Source: Octopus sinensis
Lineage: Eukaryota
Direction of reading: 5' to 3'
Assembly (NCBI RefSeq): GCF_006345805.1
Contig: NC_042998.1
Location: 189,720,001-189,784,000, forward strand
Length of the DNA stretch: 64,000 nt
The notes under the pieces were generated by a model. The model saw only the letters and a list, made by a program, of their open reading frames with translations, was not told the DNA's origin and ran no database searches. Shown one piece after another: positions 13,810 to 28,259 of this stretch. Each line of letters begins with the position of its first letter. Within the stretch, counting starts at the first letter, position 1. A program made the translations under genes and the position numbers.

Positions 13810-16800
13810 TGTACGTATATAGGTATACATATTTATACATACACACACACATATATATATATATATGCATATATATACACATACACTCAAATATACAAAT
13901 ATATATAAGTATATATGTATATGTATATATTTGTGTGTGTGTGTGTTTGTATATGTGTGTGTGTATGTGTAGTTGGGCGGTTGTAAGATTACTGGTGATC
14001 AGTACTAAATTTTCATAATGGAAATCAAACCATGTTTGTGAATAATGGATTTGGAGAAAAAATTTGACCATGAAGAGTAGCATATGATGATCAACAGAGC
14101 TGTTAATTGTAAGCTAGAAATATGTTCACAGAATTCCGATAAATATTACTTCGAAAGTGATGATGGCTCATACGAGTGATATGATCGACTTTCTCCCAGA
14201 CTTATCTAAATATCAATAGCAGAAAGGTTCAGGTTTATGAAAGTAATTACCAGTTGCCAAGGTAATAATTATCATTTATCAAGATAGTAAATATATATCT
14301 CTATAACAGAAGAAGAAATGCTCCGAATAATATGAGAATTCAACCGTTAGCAAGCAAAAAAGACTAGAAATAATTCACAGTTTAGTTCAATGTTAATGCA
14401 CTTTTCAACATTCCTAAGCAATATTTTTACACGAAACGATTGATAAGGCACAACGCAGCTATGATTTATATTCAATATAAATTATTTGAGATATCATAAC
14501 ACGTATCTTATCCTTTGTAATCATGCTTGGTTGTAAGTATGCAATATTCCTTCATTTCTTCATGTGTTATACGACTTATTTGTCTAATTCGCAACCAATC
14601 GCTTTCTAGATTAAACCAGTCGTATAAATGTTGTCCGAAAAGATCTATGATAAAAGCCATGATTATTCCTACTTATTGTGTTACTAGAACAACTTTATCC
14701 AGTATGGTCAACTTTTTTCAAAGGCAGCAGGTTGTGGTTTGAAGGTTTGAAAGTATACAGCATTTATGCAGAGGCACTCGCAGATATTTGAAAATACAAA
14801 CGTGTAGATGTCTGAACACTTAAGCTACCAGATTCGCAGCCGAAGAGTCAGCAGATCGACTTCCATCAGTGACACTGAAAAGTAATCATGGGCAATACAT
14901 CAAATGCTGAATGACCTTAGTTGCCCTTACTGCAAATAGGTACAAAGGTAATTTACCAGCTGCACCGCTCAACCACAAAGCACCATTTGCGTATCCAGCA
15001 TTTAATCTAACTTTCCAGCGTTCTCTTGCTCAGGGAGCGTCTAAATGGTCGCTTTTCCAGCTAGAATTAGAAACTCAGTCTTTTACAACATATACTACGG
15101 CTTAAAGATAATACGATAGCGAAGACGGTGACTGCAGCATGATGTTCAAGAATTGATGATAATGATGATGATTGATAAGTTGATATACTTTACATACAGA
15201 AGCACAAAGACAGATGATGCATGTACACACACACACACACAACTAGGTTAAGGAATGAATCCTTTGTATTTGTGTGTGTGTGTAACAATGTGCAGTTTTA
15301 ATCATCATTGTCTCTAGAAAATCTCCGGTGGCATATTGTGAAGTAAAATTGCTTTAACAGGGAGATTTAGACCCGTTCATGCTTTGTATTATGAAACCTT
15401 GAACCAAGTTTTTCAGCGGTTCAATGAGAAGAGCAAGCAATGAAAAGTTGGGGATGGGGGCCAATACACATTAAATTTTCAGTATAATGTTGAAAAGAAA
15501 AAATAGTAAGCTTTATACAGCAACAATTGCAACGCAAACAATAAATAACAATATTGTTTTATCTACAGTTGTTTGTAGCGTATGTACTTTGCATCTAAAG
15601 CTCTAAAGCTATCACACTGGTAAGATTGTGCCAAAACAAGAGACTGGCTTCTTGTTCAAAGTGGTCAAAATTAAAACTAAAGGCTTTGGTAACATTAGTG
15701 GGCATTAAGTGAAACTAAAATCAATAAAAAATCAAAGTGTAGTGTATGTATATAGTACTAATTGTATAACAAACATCATGCCGAAGCCATAAACTTCGGA
15801 AACAAAATGATTGCATTTAGCTGTATTACATATCATACTACATACTGAAGCTATAACTTGAAGACGTAATGTAAAGTACGTTGCAGTAATATAACTACGT
15901 TCTGCATACTCAACCAAAGATGGTATCTGCCAGCAGAAATACAAACGCTACCAACTAAAATACTGGGAACTAAAAGGTAATATCTAACGTACTTTATATA
16001 TTACCCACGTATTACATACAGAATCTATACTCATAAGAAATAATAACGATTTATTATTATTTCTAACAAAGACACAAGCTAACATATTTTGGTACTAGGG
16101 GATATCATTGATTAAATCGACCTATGCCCAATATTTTGTTTCTTTAATCACTGGCAGTATGAAATGCAAAATTATCCTCAGTGGAATTTGAACTCAAACC
16201 TAAGGAGACATAACTCAGTACCGTCATTCAAAGAGAAAAATTGATTTGGATGACCTAGTATCAAAACCCAGGGAAACATTTAAGTATAAAGAAGTATACT
16301 GGAAAATCATGTATAACCATAGACACCATTACGAAGTTTGGGATCAAAAACTATAAGGCATAACGAAAAATACGACACCGTAAATTGATTTTAAATGTAT
16401 TGTGTACGTAGTATTTAGCTAATATATGTATTTAGCGACATGGGTATATTGCTTTTCCATTTCTTCTATCAAGTACGAACTGCATTTGCATCGAGCATTA
16501 AGAGAAATTATGTGATGTTTTCTTATCATCATATCTTCTAACGCTATGGGCAGTTGTTTCTCAGAGGAGTGCTGCAGCCATTACAATTTACATTTTAATC
16601 CATCTTTAAAAAACATCTATCTTTGCAAGCAACGTTTAGAAGAGTTGTACTCGTACAGCAGCCATAGTTTCACGGTTGAATACACATAGAAGATACCAGT
16701 TACTATGTATACCACATTGCTGCGGAACTCGTAATCCTAAGCAAAATGCCAAATTCGGATGTCGATAGCCCGAGCAGAGTTGTGTAGTTTAAAACCATGC

Positions 16801-18660
16801 ACGAAGATACTGCATACAACTTTAATATATGTACTGTATTAAATATAGGTTGATAAATAAACGTAGTTTCGCTAGACGTGACCGAGTATCTAATCAATAA
16901 TTATTTGCACTCCAACAGAGAGTACGAGAGTGAACGAAGACAACTACTATTAGTATATCAAGAATTCCCCACAGAATGTTGAACACAATATATAAAGTAA
17001 TAGTATAATGGTATAATTATATCATTAAAAAAAATTAAGCACGCTCTTAGGATGATGCTAATTTTCAATATAGTATGGTGAAACATCTTCCAAAAGTTGA
17101 TAGCCTATAAAGAGACGTGGCTAACCAAGTTTAGATGGAATATACAAGAAAAACTTATAGATTAGTGTAAAATAAAGAATACACACACACACATGCACAC
17201 GCACAGACACACGCACGCGCACACATGTATGTGTGTACGTCTGTATATATGCATGTGTATGAGAAATATGAGGCTGGAGGGGAAAAAATAAGCTTTGAGA
17301 ATTAACATTCATTCAGACAGAAAATCTTGGTGAAGTCTTAACGAATCAGACGATTTGAAGATGAGAAAACTTGTTCAGAGACAACGAACTATTTGAAAGA
17401 AATGAGAACGCAAAACCGGAAATTAAAAATACATTATAAACGCATGAACAAAATACAAAAAAAAAAAAAAAGAATACAAAGGAAAGATGTCTGCCAACAA
17501 TAATAGAAATACTTGAAAGAAAGTTTTAGTGTAAAACAGAACCAAGAGACTACAAAAACAACAATAGTGAAGTCCATTATCAACGAATGCAGATATAAAC
17601 GTTTAGAAAGAAAATATCTCGACAAGGTTTTATGCGATCATCGAATACGAAACTATATTTACTGAGAAAATATATAATCTGCAAATTAGACAAAAACAGA
17701 TAAGTGGTATCGACATTCATGAAATAATACCTAGATATCATTATAAAAAATTGATGTCTTTAAAATGTCTTCTCGTCGAATTATTTAAAAAAATAAAAAC
17801 AAAAAAGGCTCACAGGTGCGGCAAACAACCATAATTATAAAAGTATCTCGAACATTATGCCTCAAGGTATCTGTTCCAGTTCTTTATGTTCTCAGATCAA
17901 ATGTCGCCTAGAGTAGCTTTGCGTTTCATCCTTCCTAGATCGATAAAATAATGTACTAATCTGAGGTGGTTATTTGGCGAAATTGTTAGAATAAATGTTT
18001 CGTAAAATTTTGTTTTGATTCTTCAAGTTTTGAGTATCATAGCAAACTTGTCCGTATCCACCCGGTAGCAAACAAACATACAAATAAAATCGCCGTAGGG
18101 AAGAAATAGCAACAAATTTTGTATTTTTTCCTGAGGGTTGTGATTGGACAAAAATTCTTTGCGTTATTTATTCTAGTTCTTTATGTTCTTAGTTCAAATT
18201 GTGCCGAAGCCAACATTGCATTTCATCCCCACAAAGACGATAGAATAAACAACCATGGACTCGATTTAATCAAGCAAGCACCTCTTCCAAAGTTTCAGGG
18301 ATCACTAGACGAGGGTCAACGTCTCTACTAATGTCCCTGTATTTTTCTCACCATATACTGCAGTACCATCTTGTCGGTCGGTACATGACGGATCTATTTC
18401 GGTTACGGCATCACCTCGTCCATAACTTTAAAGACTAGGTGCAAGACGACATTTAATTAGTATTTCTCTCTAGTTATCTGTGCTACAAAATTGCTATAGT
18501 AAGGGCTTTGGGTTGACAGAATCGTTGGAGCGTCAGGCACATGTTTGTTTCAATCAATTCTTTGTGCCATGAGTACAAATCCCGCTAAGTTTAATTTTGC
18601 CCTTCATTCATTTGAGGGTTGATAAAATAAAATGCTAGTCAAGCACTGAGGTGGATATGG

Positions 18661-18726
18661 ATATTGATATTTCAAAATATATTTCCTTACATAGATGTAA
18701 GGAAATATATTTTGAAATATCAATAT
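18661..18726. repeat. 66-bp near-perfect palindrome
   Basis: 32-bp arms are exact reverse complements around a 2-nt centre (ag). Confidence 0.95.
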
Positions 18727-18974
18727 ATTTTCATATGTCAAAGTGCAAACGCCTTCTCTAACTGTTCTATTGTATTAATTTTGTTTTATTTTCCTTCTTG
18801 AGTTATTGTTTGCAAGTGTTTTTTTTTCTATGGGAGTGTAATGTAATGTGTGCACTGCTTCTTGCTCCTCCAGAAGTCATGTTAAATTGTCAGTTAACAA
18901 CTACTGAAAATTAAACCCTATGTCTAAAACCTTACATCTACTCCAGTGTGACCATAGTGTGGTACAGCCGTCGA

Positions 18975-19012
<38 letters not shown>

Positions 19013-19479
19013 ATAGTTATGGTTATGTTTCATACAGTGCTGCTCTCCCGAGTTAGGGGAAAGTTAAGCCGACTCTGACAGATTGCAAAATTTATGTTGA
19101 TGAGTCAAGCAGCCCGTTAACAATAGCGACCTTCCTTATTTATGACGGTATTTAATAAAATAGCTTACAACCTTCATTCCCTTTTCCACCTCCATCAACA
19201 CATCCAAAAATGGCAAGGATTAATTGAAATATATACTTATAAAATACAAAATAAAAATAGAGAAGAGAAAATTGAAAAGGAGAAATAAAAATGAAATTGT
19301 CAGAATTTTCGTGTTTCTTATTCGTGTTGTATTTTGTCTTGTTGTGGTTGTTGTTTTCCTGAAGCTTTTCTTTATAATACTTTGCATAGCTCCTGTCTTG
19401 TATTTTCTGCTCTATTTTGTTTTCAGCATCTGTATCTAGATAACTGCAACACTTACTGTAAAGGCATTGTACACATATA

Positions 19480-19606
19480 CAAACACACACACATATGTAA
19501 ATATGTTTACATACATACGTTCTCATATATATATATATGTACGTATGTATGTCTATATATATGTATTATGTATGTATGTATGTATGTATGTATGTATGTA
19601 TGTATG

Positions 19607-19664
<58 letters not shown>

Positions 19665-19857
19665 CACGTAAATATATGTCAGTATGTGTGTGTGTATGTA
19701 TGCATTCTTATATAACTATGACTATCTATCTATCTATCCATCCATCCAGTCACGTACGCTTACACATGCATATATACATATTTACACACATACACTCATA
19801 TGTGTATATTGTATATGCGTATATGTGTATATACACACTCATATTTACACACGTTCA

Positions 19858-19907
<50 letters not shown>

Positions 19908-19930
19908 ATATGTATATACATACATATATA
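19480..19930. repeat. Compound (ATGT)n/(AT)n/(ATCT)n microsatellite
   Basis: Visible; accounts for ORF 19334..20020. Confidence 0.95.
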
Positions 19931-20626
19931 TCGTTGTATGTGTATATTAATCAACAAGAATTGCAAAAACAAAAAAAAAACACACACAAAAAGAAAGAAA
20001 GTAACGTGAAGACAGAATAGAAAGAAATCCGTATATAATCAGCAAGTTATCAGTGGAAAGCTGAATGACATGAGGATTGTAAAGGAAAGATAGTGCAGTT
20101 AACTCGCTAGCTAGACGTCTTTCGCTAACTTATTCCCCAAGAGAAATCAGTGAGGGTATCACTACAGATTTTCATCTCTTAAAAGACGTCATTCACGATT
20201 TGCTCCATTCTCAAAGCATGGCATACACAAATGCAGTGAAGGAAAAAGGAAAAAGGAAGAAAAAAAAAACCTAAATAAAGAACAACAGCAACATCATCAG
20301 CAATAAAAAAAAATATCCCCAAGAAAATATGACACCACACTCAACCGCACACACTAACACACACTTATACATATACAGGCATACAGACAAATGTGTAAAA
20401 ATTTCTAAACCGCCATTTAAAGTTTAGTAAGTTATCTTGTACAGTGAATTGGCCAAAGAGAAAAGAAAAAAAAATTGATTGTGAGAATTTCCTCAATTAA
20501 ATTTGCAATTAATTAATTTGTAAAAATGTTAAAATCTTTAAAAGGAAATAAACTCACGATATTCATCTTGAACTTTAGTATAAGAAAATTTATGGGAATA
20601 CATGTATAGCATTGTATAAGATATAT

Positions 20627-20775
20627 ATCTTTTACTTGTTTCAGTCATTAGACTGCGGGCATGCTGGAGCGCCGCCTTGAAGAATTTTAGCCGAAATTAT
20701 AGACCACAGTACTTAATTTATTAAAGCCAGGTATTTATTCTATCGGTCTCTTTTGCCAAATAGCTAAGTTACAGG
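20627..20775 (-). mobile_element. SINE family B, 3' fragment
   Basis: cttttacttgtttcagtca...catgctggagc...ttctatcggtctcttttgcc is the reverse of the B tail. Confidence 0.75.
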
Positions 20776-20798
20776 ATATATATATATATATATATATA

Positions 20799-20981
20799 CT
20801 TTCTGAAATCTACAATTTTTTTCTCATTCTATTTCTTATTATTTTCTCTTACTCCTTTCTGTTGAAGAGCGTAGGCTCGAAACATAAAAGACTTTTTCAT
20901 TTTCCTGAGCTTCAAACTAATAAACTTGTTTGTTGTTCATACACTTGTCTTCGTCTTTTGGTTTTTTCATAAATTTCAACT
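20799..20981 (+). mobile_element. Penelope-like terminal-repeat fragment with hammerhead-like motif
   Basis: ctgttgaagagcgtaggctcgaaac motif; downstream sequence is repeated and truncated at 21489-21590. Confidence 0.5.
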
Positions 20982-21000
20982 ACACACATACACACACCGA

Positions 21001-21438
21001 GGCGCAGGCGTGGCTGTGTGGTAAAAAGCTTACTTCCCAACCACGTGGATCTGGTTTCAGTCCCACTGCGTGGCATCTTGGGCAAGTGTCTTCTACTTTA
21101 GCCTCGGGATGACCAAAATATTTGAGTGGATTTGGTAGACGGAAACTGAAAGAAGGCTGTCGTGTGTGTGTGTGTGCGTGTGTGTGTGTATGTGTGTGTG
21201 TGTATGTATTTTTATATGCATGCATGTGTGTGTTTGTGTGCCTATATTTGGCCCCCCACCGTCACTTGACAACCAAAGTTGGTGTGTTTACGTCCCCGTA
21301 AATTAGCAGTTCGGCAAAAGGTACCGATTGAATAAGTACTAGGCTTACAATGAATAACTTCTGGGGTCGATTCATTCGATTAAAGGCTGTGCCCCAGCAT
21401 ATCCGAAGTCAAACGACCGAAACCAATAAAAGAATAAA

Positions 21439-21440
<2 letters not shown>
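21001..21440 (+). mobile_element. tRNA-derived SINE, family B, full length
   Basis: A-box tggctgtgtggtaa, B-box-like ggtttcagtccc, ttgggcaagtgtcttctac core, internal (TG)n, tail ...gtcaaacgaccgaaacc. Confidence 0.9.
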
Positions 21441-21488
<48 letters not shown>

Positions 21489-21494
<6 letters not shown>

Positions 21495-21590
21495 GTTAAA
21501 ACCTTTTTCACTTCCCTAGCGTTAAACTAATACATCTGTTCGACACTACCTGTTTTGGTCTTTTGTCTTTTGTGAAGTCTCCCCCCCCCC
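21489..21590 (+). mobile_element. Truncated second copy of the 20.8 kb Penelope-like end fragment
   Basis: aaacgttaaaacctttttcacttccctagcgttaaactaatacatctg aligns by eye with 20880-20975. Confidence 0.5.
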
Positions 21591-22099
21591 CTATATAATA
21601 TATATATATATATATATACTGTATAGATAGATAGCTATAAATATCTTTAAACGTACGCATATATACGTAGTGTAAAGATAATAAACATTAAAAAGGCCAT
21701 CACAAAAACAAAACTCGACGAATACATTATTAGGTCCACGCGTGCACACGCGCACACGCACACACAGATTCCAACAAAGGCTAACCGTATACCAAATCCG
21801 AAGCTACGTAGCGTATGAACTATTATATACCGACCTCGTGATATCGCCCCTTTTACAGTGGATAGAACCTAACATATACAGCATCTGATCGATACTACTT
21901 GTTCTTTGTATTATATTTTACGAATATACATCCGATAACTGTTACAGACCGAAGACCATGGTGTGAACAAAGACTACATTAACACCATATGGATAACTTT
22001 ATCAACTCTGCTTGTCATATCCAATTGGGGAAGGTGGTTTCAGTTGACTCTAACAATGGTGCATATTAACCAGCCACACTCTTTCTCTCTCCCTCACTC

Positions 22100-22720
<621 letters not shown>

Positions 22721-23138
22721 CCAACGATAACGTTTGAATATATCTATGCACGCGCATACTATGTGAGTATATAATAGACTTACGCATCTAAATATTTCAT
22801 AAAAAGGTTTCTACAAATGGGAATACAATCGAGCAAACGATGAAATACATTTTACACAACTTAGATGTATGCTTAAACTAACACGGTTGGATGCAATAAA
22901 GATATCAATGGCTGGTATTTCCTTTAATTAAAGTTAATTCACAGTGCAGTGAAAACACATTCCAGCTTATTATTGTAGCGTTAGGAATGTCCTTAAATTG
23001 AAAGAACCCATTAAATAATTAGAAGATACACTATGTCTTGTAACAAGACTGGATGATCAGCATTAGAAAGCTGTTGGCCATACAGGTCATAAATTTTTTA
23101 ATGAGAGTTGACCTGAAGCTACACAGCAGGAGCAGTAG

Positions 23139-23241
23139 AGGCGCAATGGCCCAATAGTTAGGGCAGCGGACTCGCGGTCGGAGGATCGCGGTTTCGATTC
23201 CCAGACCGGGCGTTGTGTGTGTTTATTGAGCGAAAACACCT
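23139..23241 (+). mobile_element. tRNA-derived SINE, family C, head only
   Basis: gaggcgcaatggcccaatagttagggcagcggactcgcggtcggaggatcgcggtttcgattcccagacc; matches the head of 30941-31327. Confidence 0.9.
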
Positions 23242-23357
23242 ATGTATTTGAGGCAGAGATTTTTAGAGGAATACATTATGTGTACAATAATGTCCTTAGT
23301 CATCAAATTTTGTCCAGTCATAATACTATTTTTTGCTAGAGTAAGCTTATCTATTCC

Positions 23358-23389
<32 letters not shown>

Positions 23390-23492
23390 GTAGTTAGCTA
23401 GCTGTATTAATTACATAAGTAAGCATTTTTTTGAGGATAACTTTAATCCATCGATATTATACGGTTTATCATTAATCCACCTATTCTCATAA

Positions 23493-23534
<42 letters not shown>

Positions 23535-23584
23535 TATTATTATTATTATTATTATTATTATCATGATGATGATGATGATGATGT

Positions 23585-23814
23585 AAGACGGCGAGCCGGC
23601 AGAATCGTTAGCGTACTGGACGAAATGCTTAGCGGTATATCACCCATCGCTTCCTTCTGGGTTCAAATTCCCCCAAGTCAACTTTGCTTTGCATCCTTTC
23701 GGGATCGATAAAATAAGTACCAGTTGAACACTAGGGTCGATATAATCGACTCATACCCATCCTCCAAAATGGCTGTTTTTGCAGCAAAATTTGAAACCAT
23801 TATTATTATTATTA

Positions 23815-23851
<37 letters not shown>

Positions 23852-24064
23852 TGGGCAGCTATCTGGCAGAAACGTTAGCATGCCTGGCAAAGTGCTTAGC
23901 GGCATTTCGTTCATCTGTAGGTCCTGAGTTGAAACTCAGCTGAGGTCAATTGTACTTTTCATCTTTTGGCGATCGATAAAATAATTACTAGTCGAACAGT
24001 GGGGTCGATGTAATCTACTATCCCCCTGCCCCCAAATTTCAGTCGTTGCACCTATAATAGAAAG

Positions 24065-24066
<2 letters not shown>
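23585..24066 (+). mobile_element. Two adjacent SINE A2 copies separated by (TTA)n
   Basis: Heads at 23585 and about 23852, each followed by the A core and a tail running into (TTA)n. Confidence 0.8.
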
Positions 24067-24134
<68 letters not shown>

Positions 24135-24155
24135 CATCATTATTATTATTACTAC

Positions 24156-24207
<52 letters not shown>

Positions 24208-24449
24208 GAGTGAGAGAGCAGTTCATGCCATCAAAGTGACACTGGGGTAAAATATACGAAGCCTAATATACCCATCATGACTACCCGTCTGATAAGGGTA
24301 CACCAGGCACATGCATCACAACCATATGTGCGCGACATGGTGATCTCATATCAAGGTAAACAGCGCATGACCTTGCAGTTGGGGCCCAGTTAGAATTTTC
24401 TTCAGGTTGAGTAGCCCATCCCGCTCGAAAGGTCCCTGAATAAGGGTTG

Positions 24450-24452
<3 letters not shown>
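24208..24452 (-). mobile_element. Family D element, 5'-truncated copy in (TTA)n
   Basis: Reverse-complement match to about 10620-10828; both flanks are (TTA)n. Confidence 0.8.
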
Positions 24453-24503
<51 letters not shown>

Positions 24504-25738
24504 GCATGTTTATGTCAGAACTCTTTTATGGCAATTTTTTTTTTAGTTTACAAGTAAAAGAATTACGAATTGTTTGAATGTCCACATCATTGCCTGAGAC
24601 GGCATGAAGAGTCTTCCTTGGACATTTTTCACCAACTATTTTCGGTAAATAGCCATTTCCACTGTTGTTTACATCGTAAGATGGCCACTTCAGTAGCAGA
24701 AATAAGAGGAGTGTGACAATGTTGACAGCATTATTCCGAATACGTAAATTAACCCGAAAATAGATTTTAGCAGATAGATATTATGAATCTTATACTACTG
24801 TTGCATTATAGGAAACACAAACAGGTATGCACAGGCACACGCTAACACAGATAATCTTGCTAATAGGCACACAGAAAAATAGTATTGAAAAATAGTATTG
24901 AAAAGATTAATTCAAATGAAAGAAAAGTAGTATGAGCATCCAAAACACCACCACTACCATTTCATCTTTTGTAATCATTGTGGGACATAAAGAGTCCCCC
25001 GATATGAGCCAACTGAAGGAAAAAAGATGAACCATAGATGAGATGTATCGAGAAAAATAATACCTCGTTGCCTGATAGATTTATACAGCAAGGAGAAAGG
25101 AGGAAAGTAAGATATTCCTTTTTTCCTTTTCTTCGAATGATGCGGAGGATTTTCCGTCTTCGCAATAAGAGTTAGCGGAGGGCGAGACATTCGCTGATGT
25201 GTGACGGGTTGAGCTCATGAATTGTTGTTGATGAGTTGGATGTGACGCTGAGGATATAGCAATAACTTTTGAAATATCCATATACACTCATCCCCTATTT
25301 CTCCCACCTTCGGTCGCATTGTGTACATTGGTGTATTCATACGTGAAACGTCGTAAATTACAGTGATGGCTCTGAATTCTTTGAGAGGTCAATAGGGATA
25401 AACTTAAAAATGAGAATATATAAAAACGAGAATACGCACGCACGCACACACACACACACCACACACACACACACAAACATAGAATATTAAGGATTCAAAG
25501 GGATCAGGTACTTAAATGATAGGTACCAGGTTGGGTCGAATTAACTAGTAAACAGCATCTTTCGTCAAATAAATATCATGGGTACCGAAGTACATCCAAT
25601 AAAATATTCAGGTTATGTATACTGAGAATTTAACCTTTATGAGCATTTTAATAGTCTTTGGGCTAATCCAAAAGCGTACGTTGTATTGGTCGTGTCTGGT
25701 GTATATATATATATTATATATACATAAATACATCTCAT

Positions 25739-25769
<31 letters not shown>

Positions 25770-25920
25770 CATATATATATATATATATATATAGATATAT
25801 ATATATATATATAACAATTAAAAATGAGGGTGTCTAAGTACCTTTGTACGGTATTTTTTCCATGCTGGCCACTTGATAATATTGATACTTAAATATCGAT
25901 ATTATCCTCATATATAAATT

Positions 25921-26010
<90 letters not shown>

Positions 26011-26336
26011 CAGATAAGACATATCGGTGTGATGAGTACTTTTACAAGGAAAATTGTGAATCCAAATAATCAAACTTAATGTTACAATAAATCTTTAGAG
26101 ATGTTTCTGATGAACCATGACTGGGATCACCACCATGTAATATATCATAAGGGCCCAAAACATCATCGGTGTATGGAATAACACGAATTTTTATAGATCC
26201 ACGAGGCGAAATCTTGTTATCCTAATATTAGAATTCTGACTTACAGCGTTGCACAGTAGAGTTTAAAAATATGTTGGCTCAATGGGAGAGTAGGGGCACT
26301 ACTAGGCAAAATATTCACACACACACACACACATAC

Positions 26337-26382
<46 letters not shown>

Positions 26383-26884
26383 GAAGGGAGAGAGGTTTAT
26401 AGATATGTGTGTAGGTATATATATGACTGTAATAGCTGGTACATCCCATGTGGTTGTTAGAATTTTATGCTTACGATCATCAGAGTGGATATGAAGTGCA
26501 TTCATATTAAATATGACTCTTCGGTAAAATGAAATTCGATGTGCTTGTTGTTACAGTTATAAATACCACTCTCCCTTTGGTATTAATTGCTTTGGTATTA
26601 AGTACTTTCGTAATCCATATGCATACATACTTACATACATGCACACACATATACACATACACACGCATATTATTTATTTGTGTGTGTGTGTGTGTATTTA
26701 GGAATACATTGTTTATGGGAGATGTGGTGTGTAATAAATACTGTATTTTTTTATATTTTTATATTCGAACACCTTCCACTTTGAAAGTCCTCGTTGGAAC
26801 GCACACAACGACTCCAGACCATATCCATTTCAAAGCTCTATGGGAATTTCTTTTCCTCCTGAAAGACGTTTGAATAACGCCTAC

Positions 26885-27110
26885 GAATACATTTGAATAT
26901 TATTTACTATCTTCAACGTATGCCCTTTTGGCAGCCATGTTAAGTCCTCGCTGCTTTTGATCAAGTGTTTCGAGCGATACATGTTCAGTGTTTCTCTGAT
27001 AAACTTTTGATGGATTCTATAATTGATTCTAATCACGTGAGAGAGCCAACGGATACTCTCGGTGACGATCCTTGTGAATGAGATGCCTTCATCTAGTAGA
27101 TGAGCTCGCC
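26885..27110 (-). mobile_element. Possible decayed RTE-type LINE C-terminal fragment
   Basis: Translation SIRWLSHVIRI...LTWLPKG resembles the RTE motif 'LRWLGHV.R...LTW.P.G' (from memory of the family). Confidence 0.35.
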
Positions 27111-27204
27111 ATACTCCCACGCATACTACTTAATACCAAAACACTTAATACCAAAGAGAGAGTTTTTTTTATTGTAGCTATAACACTGAATTTTATTTTT
27201 CCGA

Positions 27205-27920
27205 CCGTGAAATTGAATGGGAAGTGCCATATTGGATATTCGCGGTCAAACTGACAAAGAGATCAAGGCAAACCGTCTAGACATAATAATAAAAGACCGG
27301 AAAATATACGCATGCACACTGATAGACATTGCAATCCGTTCTGGCGAAAATATTGCCCGAAAAGAAGTGGAAAAAAAAGCTATCAAAAAGCAGGGACCTT
27401 GAAATTAAAATATTCAAGACGTGGAGATGGACAGTGAAAACAAACTATACCAATAGTTACTGGAGCATTAGGTATAATTAAAAAGAATAGAAAGTAAAGC
27501 ATAAAAGCCATATCAGAGCTCACAACCCTACACATTGTTCAAAAGATAGCTCAGGTACGAACATCCCATATCTTCCGGAAGACTATCGATTCAATAGAAT
27601 AGCTTAAACAGAACAATCTTTTCACACAATATACCCTATTTATTAAGCACCTTATAATCTAAACCAACACGACTCGTGCAAGGTATGCTCACCTCAAGGC
27701 CCAATAAAATTACACAACTCCCCTTACGCAATTCTGCACAACGGAACGAATGCTAATACAAGAAACAATAAACTAAACACCACAACAAAACAAACTGATA
27801 CAGTTCAGCAACAAGAAGAGTCTATGCTCTCTCGACGCCTTCAAAAGTAAGAACACAACGCTGTACACACCTCAAGAACACGGAAGTACAACAGGTGGTG
27901 CCGCAGAAAACTTTCGGAGA
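27205..27920 (+). mobile_element. R4/Dong-type LINE 3' end (REL endonuclease pseudogene plus 3' UTR) ending at (AAT)n
   Basis: ILDIRGQTDKEIKANRLDIIIKD...LIDIAI...E.K and IPIVTGALGIIKK motifs; followed directly by (AAT)n at 27921-27982. Confidence 0.85.
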
Positions 27921-27982
<62 letters not shown>

Positions 27983-28258
27983 GCAAAAGGGGCTGATTGC
28001 TACCCAACTCAGATTCTAGGAAACCCCAAAATGGCAGAAATTCAAAAGATAGTGCTCATGGGAACTGCTCATATTCTATGCAAAATACTTTCTATGTAAT
28101 CTCAAGTTTTAAAACAAACAATTTTCGTATGGTTTTTTAGGCATTCACTAGTACAACACTAAGTACAAAACCAAATATATGGCACCCTAGGAATAGCACC
28201 AACACGAATTTCCAACTTGTTGTCTCTTGAGGTCTCTGGGTGAGATTTGGAGCCAGGC
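27983..28258 (+). mobile_element. Second R4/Dong-type 3' end fragment
   Basis: KMAEIQKIVLMGTAHILCKILSM* matches the typical REL C-terminus (.Q K..LLGTA.IL.K.L) and is followed by UTR-like sequence; begins at an (AAT)n tract. Confidence 0.7.
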
Positions 28259-28259
28259 A

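Noticed and set aside
15732-16897. Hydrophobic minus-strand ORFs (15732-15944 and 16703-16897) as GPCR or channel exons
   Set aside because: Only 64-70 codons, no recognisable motif, no consistent splice sites; hydrophobicity is expected from T-rich DNA.
19334-20020. 228-aa ORF, and similar YI/CV/YLSI/HT-rich ORFs throughout (for example 22148, 35623, 39743, 45964)
   Set aside because: These are translations of di- and tetranucleotide microsatellites.
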